Shown: positions 18,704 through 24,000 of the stretch, one piece after another
Position numbering within the stretch: position 1 is the first letter of the stretch
Layout: every line of letters starts with the position of its first letter
NCBI RefSeq assembly: GCF_000204925.1
Contig: NC_015435.1
Coordinates: 861,160 to 885,159 of the forward strand
Source of the DNA: Metallosphaera cuprina Ar-4
Lineage (GTDB): Archaea; Thermoproteota; Thermoprotei_A; Sulfolobales; Sulfolobaceae
Length of the DNA stretch: 24,000 nucleotides
Reading direction: 5' to 3'
Position numbers and translations under genes: made by a program
The notes under the pieces: generated by a model
Seen by the model: the letters and a program-made list of their open reading frames with translations, nothing else
What the model was told of the DNA's origin: nothing
The model's database searches: none

Positions 18704-19597
18704 ATGATAGTTTCCACCGAGAAGCTACCTGAGGAGTGCTATTCTCTCCTTCAGGAGTACGAGTTAAGGGAGGCAACTGAGGCCAACCTCGCTGAGGCTG
18801 AGTACCTCATATCCTGGCCCTCTAAGTTGAGATCGTTAGTTAGCAAAATGCCCAAATTGAAGGTCATTCAGACCTTATCAGCCGGCGTCGACGACGTCCC
18901 CTACGATCTATTAAGAAACGTGGTCGTGTTGTCCAATGCGGGAGCTTACTCAACTTCTGTAGCAGAGCACGCTTGGGCACTAGCTTTAGCCTTGGCAAAG
19001 GGAGTGAACGTCAGGAAGAGGGAACCTACCTATTCTATAACCGATCAGACGGCTCTAGTTTTAGGTGCAGGAGGCATTGGATCCGAAATAGCTAGGATCG
19101 CCAAGCAAGGATTTAGGATGAGGGTGATAGGAGTCTCAAGATCCTTCAGGCGACCTGAGTTTTTTGACGAGATGCTTCCCATGGATCAACTCAAAGAAGC
19201 TATAAGGAGAGGGGACGTTGTGTTCGATACGCTACCTCTTAACAAATCGACTAGAGGGGTACTGAACTACTCCGTGCTCTCGCTATTAAAGGAGAGGGCG
19301 ATCTTAGTTAATGTGGGGAGAGCTGAGACCATAGTTGAGGAGGACGTGATGAGGGTTTTAAAGGAGAGGAAAGACGTGAGGTTCGGCACGGACGTCTTTT
19401 GGAGGAAAGACGGGAAGGAGAACTTTGAAAGCGAGCTGTGGAACATGGATAACTTTATGGGAACGTATCACACTGCGGGAGCTTCAGCTAGTGGAGAGAC
19501 GTTGAGGAAGGCGATGATTAAAGCGTGTAATAACCTTAAGAACTACCTGGAGAAAGGAGAGAGCGAAAACGTGGTGAAGCTCTCGGATTACGTTTGA
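18704..19597 (+). CDS. D-isomer-specific 2-hydroxyacid dehydrogenase, NAD(P)-binding
   Basis: 297 aa. It has the GxGxxG motif (VLGAGGIGSEIARIA) and catalytic-type Arg/Glu/His positions (NVGRAE..VEED, GTYHTAG). Confidence 0.85.
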   Translation: MIVSTEKLPEECYSLLQEYELREATEANLAEAEYLISWPSKLRSLVSKMPKLKVIQTLSAGVDDVPYDLLRNVVVLSNAGAYSTSVAEHAWALALALAKGVNVRKREPTYSITDQTALVLGAGGIGSEIARIAKQGFRMRVIGVSRSFRRPEFFDEMLPMDQLKEAIRRGDVVFDTLPLNKSTRGVLNYSVLSLLKERAILVNVGRAETIVEEDVMRVLKERKDVRFGTDVFWRKDGKENFESELWNMDNFMGTYHTAGASASGETLRKAMIKACNNLKNYLEKGESENVVKLSDYV

Positions 19598-19609
19598 AGT
19601 TGAGTTCAT

Positions 19610-19631
19610 GCAGTCTCTCATCGAGACCTGC
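19610..19631. terminator. Hairpin between convergent genes
   Basis: gcagtctc-tcatc-gagacctgc forms an 8-bp stem with one bulged c. It sits in the 45-bp gap between the stops at 19597 and 19643. Confidence 0.4.
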
Positions 19632-19642
19632 AGTTGTTAGCC

Positions 19643-20344
19643 TCAGTTGTTAGAAAGCTTGTTAAACAGGTTCCATATAAGGTGAGAGGAGGTCTTGACG
19701 TTACTAACGGTGGGATGGAAGTTCCACTCCACCTCGCCGTGAGCTAATAGGTTCCTAACGTTCAAGGATAACCTCAAAGCCAAGCTGGCCCTTCCATCTA
19801 CGAACCTATCTGCCCACGCCAAAAGCATTCCTTGGGAGAAAGGGAACGTTTCACCATTAACTTTCACCCTGTACTTGCTCCAACCCTGCCTTCTGATAAA
19901 AAGCTTCAACTTTCTGTAATCAAGACCCTTGACCTTGATCTTAGTTTTCTTGTATTTTATTATCACTTTTTCTCCTAGCCAAGTTGTGTAAAGGCTTCTG
20001 AGCCCCATCTCTAGGACTAGATAACTCTCGAGGGTGGCCAAGTCCTCCATCGAACAGGATATCAGTTTCATCGCGTAATCTTGTGCCTTCAAAACCTTGC
20101 TAGGAAGGTCGTTGTGAATTTCCCCCTCGCCTAGAATTAAATAGGGCACGTTAGCTAGGTAAAACCCTATCAGGTCCTTCTTAGTTGAGACCTTGATCTT
20201 CTCATCCCTTATCCTCACGTAGCCTCCCCTGTACTCTAGAAGATCTAACGCCTCATCCAACATTTCGTCATCCCCCTTCCTCTTATACTGAAAGAACGAG
20301 TTGGTTATCTTTATGAGTTTACTTTTCATGATAGGATTTTTCAT
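19643..20344 (-). CDS. Hypothetical protein with C-terminal HEPN-like Rx4H motif
   Basis: 233 aa with no family I can name. R197-N-L-L-A-H202 (agg aac cta tta gct cac, 19739-19756) sits between predicted helices near the C-terminus. TATA spacing favours a start at Met6 (ATG 20327-20329). Confidence 0.6.
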   Translation of the reverse strand: MKNPIMKSKLIKITNSFFQYKRKGDDEMLDEALDLLEYRGGYVRIRDEKIKVSTKKDLIGFYLANVPYLILGEGEIHNDLPSKVLKAQDYAMKLISCSMEDLATLESYLVLEMGLRSLYTTWLGEKVIIKYKKTKIKVKGLDYRKLKLFIRRQGWSKYRVKVNGETFPFSQGMLLAWADRFVDGRASLALRLSLNVRNLLAHGEVEWNFHPTVSNVKTSSHLIWNLFNKLSNN

Positions 20345-20348
20345 CCAG

Positions 20349-20360
20349 TAAATTAAAAAT
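20349..20360 (-). promoter_or_regulatory. AT-rich TATA element between back-to-back genes
   Basis: taaattaaaaat lies 19 nt upstream of the Met6 ATG of the minus-strand gene and only 5 nt from the plus-strand ATG at 20366. Confidence 0.4.
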
Positions 20361-20365
20361 CAGAT

Positions 20366-21037
20366 ATGCCAGGAGGTAGAGGTAGGATAGGTCTGATAGT
20401 CCCTGCTAACAACGCTGGGATTGAGTACGATTTTTGGATGATGTCCCCTAAAGGTGTGTCAGTTCACTCAACTAGGATGAGACCTAGCAAGGGATGCGAA
20501 CCTGTCAACGTTGAGGAGTTCGAGGAGGAGCTGAGGTTCTCTTACTCCCTTCTGAAGGAGATCTCAGACGTTATAGTTTACGGAAGGACATACGGGACTC
20601 ACAGGAACTCAAACGTAATAAGTAAAGTAGGTAACTTGATTATACCAGAGGAGGCGGTAGAGAAGATCTTTAGAGTGATGGGCGTCAATAAGATATGGAT
20701 AGCTACACCTTATCCTAAGGAGAGGACATTAGAGGAGGTTAACTGGTGGAGATCTAAGGGATTTCAAGTTACAGGTTACGATGGATTAGGTAAGGTCAGA
20801 GGGTTAGACATATCTAACACCAACACGTTTACGATCTACAGACTTGTCAAGAGACATCTAGATCAAGTTTCTCAGGCGCAGGCAGTGTACATAGCGTGTA
20901 CCGCGCTCTCAACTTATGAAGCGTTGAGTTACTTGAGTGAGGACTTGGGAATGCCTGTAATTTCCGAGAACTCCGCAGCTTTCATGGAGAGCTTAACCAG
21001 GCTCAAAATAAGTCATCGCGTGCCTGGAATTAAGTAA
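20366..21037 (+). CDS. Asp/Glu/hydantoin-racemase superfamily protein, arylmalonate decarboxylase/maleate isomerase-like
   Basis: 223 aa. [10 protein letters not shown]...VHSTRMR at the N-terminus and [10 protein letters not shown]...PVISENSA at the C-terminus align by eye with maleate cis-trans isomerase and AMDase. Confidence 0.75.
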   Translation: MPGGRGRIGLIVPANNAGIEYDFWMMSPKGVSVHSTRMRPSKGCEPVNVEEFEEELRFSYSLLKEISDVIVYGRTYGTHRNSNVISKVGNLIIPEEAVEKIFRVMGVNKIWIATPYPKERTLEEVNWWRSKGFQVTGYDGLGKVRGLDISNTNTFTIYRLVKRHLDQVSQAQAVYIACTALSTYEALSYLSEDLGMPVISENSAAFMESLTRLKISHRVPGIK

Positions 21038-21040
21038 ACC

Positions 21041-21054
21041 TTTTTACAAAAAAA
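21041..21054. terminator. Bidirectional oligo-T signals (T5 on plus, T7 on minus)
   Basis: tttttacaaaaaaa fills the 17-bp gap between the convergent stops at 21037 and 21055. Confidence 0.45.
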
Positions 21055-21330
21055 TCAAATTAATTTGTGTTCATACTTGACAGTTGGGGATATCATCTTA
21101 ACTTTCCATGTGATCCCCATCTGGCTAGCTACGTTGGCTAAGTCGTTCATGCTCGGTACGTCCCATTCACATATAGCGGTTTTGTTACCCTCGTCAACGT
21201 TTAACTTCTCCAGTTTGAATCCCTTGGGAAGTTTCTTCCCCTTAGCCATGTCAGTCAAGTTGTTGAAGAACTTCACCGCTTCGTCCTTTTTAGACTCGTC
21301 CCATTCATGTATTACGTAAACCTTTGTCAT
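21055..21330 (-). CDS. Small soluble hypothetical protein (91 aa; DUF3303-like layout?)
   Basis: K/E-rich soluble composition, with a TATA box 21 nt upstream. The mirror plus-strand ORF (21065-21319) is L/S/F-rich and looks like antisense noise. The DUF3303 resemblance (KVYVIHEW...LPKGFKLEKL...CEWDVPSMNDL) is from memory only. Confidence 0.55.
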   Translation of the reverse strand: MTKVYVIHEWDESKKDEAVKFFNNLTDMAKGKKLPKGFKLEKLNVDEGNKTAICEWDVPSMNDLANVASQMGITWKVKMISPTVKYEHKLI

Positions 21331-21351
21331 AATTAATTATTAGCCTCTTTC

Positions 21352-21360
21352 AATTATAAG
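21352..21360 (-). promoter_or_regulatory. TATA box for the 91-aa gene
   Basis: Reads cttataatt on the minus strand, ending 21 nt before the ATG at 21330. Confidence 0.45.
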
Positions 21361-21396
21361 CCTTTCCTTACCTTGATCAAGTAGTTAAGCAAAAAG

Positions 21397-21404
21397 ATTA
21401 AATA
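21397..21404 (+). promoter_or_regulatory. TATA box for the MFS-MarR operon
   Basis: attaaata, ending 22 nt before the ATG at 21427. Confidence 0.5.
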
Positions 21405-21426
21405 GTTAATTATTAGTTTACTAATT

Positions 21427-23115
21427 ATGCATTACAAATGGATAGCCTTAAGTAACACCACGCTCGGAGTTCTCATGGCAACAATTAACGGAACCATTAC
21501 AATAATCTCATTGCCCGCCATATTCCGCGGAATAGGGATAAACCCTCTTAGCCCGTCATCCTTTCAATATCTTCTTTGGATCTTGATGGGCTATAACGTG
21601 GTGACAGCCACTCTACTCCTTTCGTTTGGAAGGCTCTCTGACATGTACGGGAGAGTGAGGCTTTACAATCTCGGGTTCCTTGTCTTCACTATAGGTTCAA
21701 TTCTCCTCTCCTTGACATTCGGTAGGGGGGACTTAGCTGGGTTGGAGCTAGTTATCTTCAGGATAGTTCAGGGTATAGGAGGTGCGTTCTTAATGGCTAA
21801 CAGTGCGGCGATCATCACTGACGTTTTCCCATCCAGCGAAAGAGGTAGGGCATTAGGAATAAACCAGGTGGCTGCCTTAGCAGGCTCCTTAATAGGATTG
21901 ATCTTGGGAGGGATACTCTCGATTATAAACTGGAGATACGTGTTCTTAGTGAGCGTGCCCGTAGGGGTGTTCGGAACTGCCTGGAGCTATCTGAAATTAA
22001 GGGAAACTAGCTATAAGAACAGGGAGGGGATAGATTGGATAGGTAACTTAATCTTCGGAACCGGTTTAATTCTCATCCTAATAGCAATGACCTACGCTCT
22101 AATGCCTTACGGGACTTCGCAGACAGGTTGGGGAAACCCTTACGTTATTTCTTCACTAATCTCAGGCCTCTTTTTACTAGGTTTATTCCCGTTTATAGAA
22201 ACAAAAGTTAAGTATCCAATGTTTAGAATCGAATTGTTTAAGAACAGGATCTTCGCTGCGGCCAACATAGCCGGCTTACTTAGATCGATCGGATACGGAG
22301 GTTTAATGATCATGATAGTGATTTTCCTTCAGGGGATATGGCTTCCTCTACACGGTTACTCCTACGCTGAGACGCCCTTTTGGGCTGGAATTTACACTGT
22401 CCCCCTTATGGTAGGATTCGTATCGACGGGACCCATAAGCGGCTGGCTATCTGACAAGTACGGTTCCAGAGGTTTGGCTACAATAGGTATGATCATAGTG
22501 GGATTGGGATTCCTGGCTCTAACGACTTTACCGTATAACTTCAGTTATCCCGTCTTTGGAGCGATAATATTCATGATGGGAGTAGGCAACGGAATGTTCG
22601 CATCTCCCAACACGTCATCTATTATGGGGAGCGTCCCAGGAAAGCATAGAGGTGCAGCTTCAGGCATGAGATCAACTCTCCAAAACACGGGACAGACCGT
22701 GAGTATAGCCATTTTCTTCACAATAGTTATCTTATCCTTGAGCTCAACGTTGGGTCCGTCATTAGGCCACGCATTGGCTAAGGCAGGGGCTCCTCAGCTT
22801 TCACCATACGTTCAGAAAGTCCCGGTCACGGGCGCTCTATTCGCGGCTTTCCTAGGATATGACCCGGTTAGCGCGCTGCTTAGTTCCCTCCCTACTTCCC
22901 TTACGTCTCAAATTCCAGCTGGAGCGATCTCCATAATGGAACAGAGGACATGGTTCCCAAGCGCGATAGCCCCTAGCTTCATGATAGCCTTGAGGGAGAC
23001 TTTCTACTTTGGGGCTGCTCTGTCCTTTGTCGCTGCGATAGCGTCAGCGTTGAGGGGTAAAGCTAAAAACGCTCAGGAGGTGGTTGAATATGATGCAGAA
23101 AAAGCAAGAAACTGA
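21427..23115 (+). CDS. MFS transporter, DHA2 (EmrB/QacA-like, 14-TM) drug:H+ antiporter family
   Basis: 562 aa with about 14 hydrophobic segments. Motif A is [13 protein letters not shown] and the antiporter motif C-like stretch is [18 protein letters not shown]. Confidence 0.85.
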   Translation: MHYKWIALSNTTLGVLMATINGTITIISLPAIFRGIGINPLSPSSFQYLLWILMGYNVVTATLLLSFGRLSDMYGRVRLYNLGFLVFTIGSILLSLTFGRGDLAGLELVIFRIVQGIGGAFLMANSAAIITDVFPSSERGRALGINQVAALAGSLIGLILGGILSIINWRYVFLVSVPVGVFGTAWSYLKLRETSYKNREGIDWIGNLIFGTGLILILIAMTYALMPYGTSQTGWGNPYVISSLISGLFLLGLFPFIETKVKYPMFRIELFKNRIFAAANIAGLLRSIGYGGLMIMIVIFLQGIWLPLHGYSYAETPFWAGIYTVPLMVGFVSTGPISGWLSDKYGSRGLATIGMIIVGLGFLALTTLPYNFSYPVFGAIIFMMGVGNGMFASPNTSSIMGSVPGKHRGAASGMRSTLQNTGQTVSIAIFFTIVILSLSSTLGPSLGHALAKAGAPQLSPYVQKVPVTGALFAAFLGYDPVSALLSSLPTSLTSQIPAGAISIMEQRTWFPSAIAPSFMIALRETFYFGAALSFVAAIASALRGKAKNAQEVVEYDAEKARN

Positions 23116-23548
23116 GGTCCTTACGAGCATCTCTAGGGTGTACAGGGCTGCAAAAAGGGAGCTCAACAACAGGTTGGAATCTCATGGGTTTTCATACGTC
23201 GACTTCTTAATACTCATGCAGGTTAGGGACTCGCCGAAGTCAATGGTTTACTTAGCTAAAGAGGTGCTGATGACTCAGGCCGGTATAACCGCCGCCATAG
23301 ATAGACTTGAGGAGAAAGGACTTGTGAAAAGGGAGAGAGATAAGGAGGATAGGAGAATCATAAACGTTCAGATTACAGAGCGAGGGGTTAAAGCGACTGA
23401 GGAGGCCATACAGGTGTTTAACGAGTTAGCCGTTGACCTGGTTAAGGACCTAAGCGATGAGGATAAGGCAAAGTTAATAGAGCTTTTAGATAAGCTCCTA
23501 GAGAAGCTCATGAAGGGGAAAATAAACGTAGAGCCTGATCAGAGGTAG
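23084..23548 (+). CDS. MarR-family winged-helix transcriptional regulator
   Basis: 154 aa. It contains [45 protein letters not shown] (HTH plus wing). It overlaps the 3' end of the MFS gene. The likely start is ATG 23090 or 23093 rather than TTG 23084. Confidence 0.85.
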   Translation: MNMMQKKQETEVLTSISRVYRAAKRELNNRLESHGFSYVDFLILMQVRDSPKSMVYLAKEVLMTQAGITAAIDRLEEKGLVKRERDKEDRRIINVQITERGVKATEEAIQVFNELAVDLVKDLSDEDKAKLIELLDKLLEKLMKGKINVEPDQR

Positions 23549-24000
23549 TTTTTGAAACCGTTCTTCAAGTAATAATACGTTCTTATCAGTTCGGCGTGGC
23601 TCCACACTAGGGGAGAGACTGAGGGATAGTTGCCTGAAGGCGTTATCTGTTCTGGTATCACTCCAGTTTTAAGGGAATTCCTTTCGACCCACTCTATGTA
23701 TTTCTTAGCCTCCTCGATCCTGCCTTCCGCTATAAGCTCTTGTGCAACCCATAACGTTGTTATGAACCAAGCGTTAGGTCTCTCATCCTCCTTCAGGTAG
23801 TAATCACTCTCATATCTGGCTATGCCTCCATTAACGGTGAGTTTCCTCTCCACAGTCTCCCTATTTATCCTAACCTTAGGGTCGCTTATGGGGTAAGCTA
23901 ATAGACTTCCAATCACAGTGCTGGAGTCCACAGTGGGATCAACCTTTCCGTTCATTACACTCCTGGCGAAGTGATCTCCAACCCACATCTGATCGAGACC
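23539..24000 (-). CDS. GH15 glycoside hydrolase (glucoamylase/trehalase-like), C-terminal part; gene continues past the right edge
   Basis: The C-terminal (alpha/alpha)6-barrel motifs WFITTLWVAQ...GVIPEQI....G...SVSPLVWSHAE are present. The frame remains open from 23988 to 24000 (GLDQMWVG...), so the ATG at 23988 is internal. Confidence 0.8.
   Translation of the reverse strand, partial: GLDQMWVGDHFARSVMNGKVDPTVDSSTVIGSLLAYPISDPKVRINRETVERKLTVNGGIARYESDYYLKEDERPNAWFITTLWVAQELIAEGRIEEAKKYIEWVERNSLKTGVIPEQITPSGNYPSVSPLVWSHAELIRTYYYLKNGFKNYL

Noticed and set aside
21065-21319. 84-aa plus-strand ORF mirroring the 91-aa gene
   Set aside because: Its composition is hydrophobic and L/S/F-rich, and it has no TATA box. 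The minus-strand ORF has soluble composition and a TATA box 21 nt upstream.

Overview
This window looks like an ordinary chromosomal, mostly metabolic region of a thermoacidophilic crenarchaeon. A Sulfolobales (Metallosphaera/Sulfolobus-like) origin is inferred from three things: KD(P)G aldolase and KDG kinase closely resembling the S. solfataricus enzymes as I remember them, TATA boxes at a fixed 20-22 nt from start codons (leaderless mRNAs), and a Sulfolobus-style membrane-anchored, sequon-rich sugar-binding protein. About 23 genes are supported. They are a partial MFS transporter; a 5'-truncated GT2 glycosyltransferase; a kdgA-kdgK operon; a UbiB/ABC1 kinase convergent with hsp20; a gluconolactonase-MFS pair; an AMP-forming acyl-CoA synthetase; a thiolase-like gene with a mini-DUF35 gene; a 4-gene CUT1-type sugar ABC transporter operon; dienelactone hydrolase; a B12-domain-like radical SAM protein; a D-2-hydroxyacid dehydrogenase; an orphan 233-aa protein; an arylmalonate-decarboxylase-like protein; a 91-aa protein; a DHA2 MFS-MarR pair; and the 3' end of a GH15 glycosidase. 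I found no CRISPR array, rRNA or tRNA gene, intact IS or transposase, or recognisable defence island. The best candidates for something undescribed are: (1) a thiolase-fold protein that by eye lacks both catalytic cysteines and is translationally coupled to a 69-aa DUF35 zinc ribbon; (2) an orphan protein with a C-terminal RNxxAH (HEPN-type Rx4H) motif; (3) a ~550-bp ORF-free but coding-like, hairpin-dense tract at 6057-6609; (4) a single-cluster radical SAM enzyme of unknown function. All family calls rest on motif recognition by eye and from memory; no searches were run.
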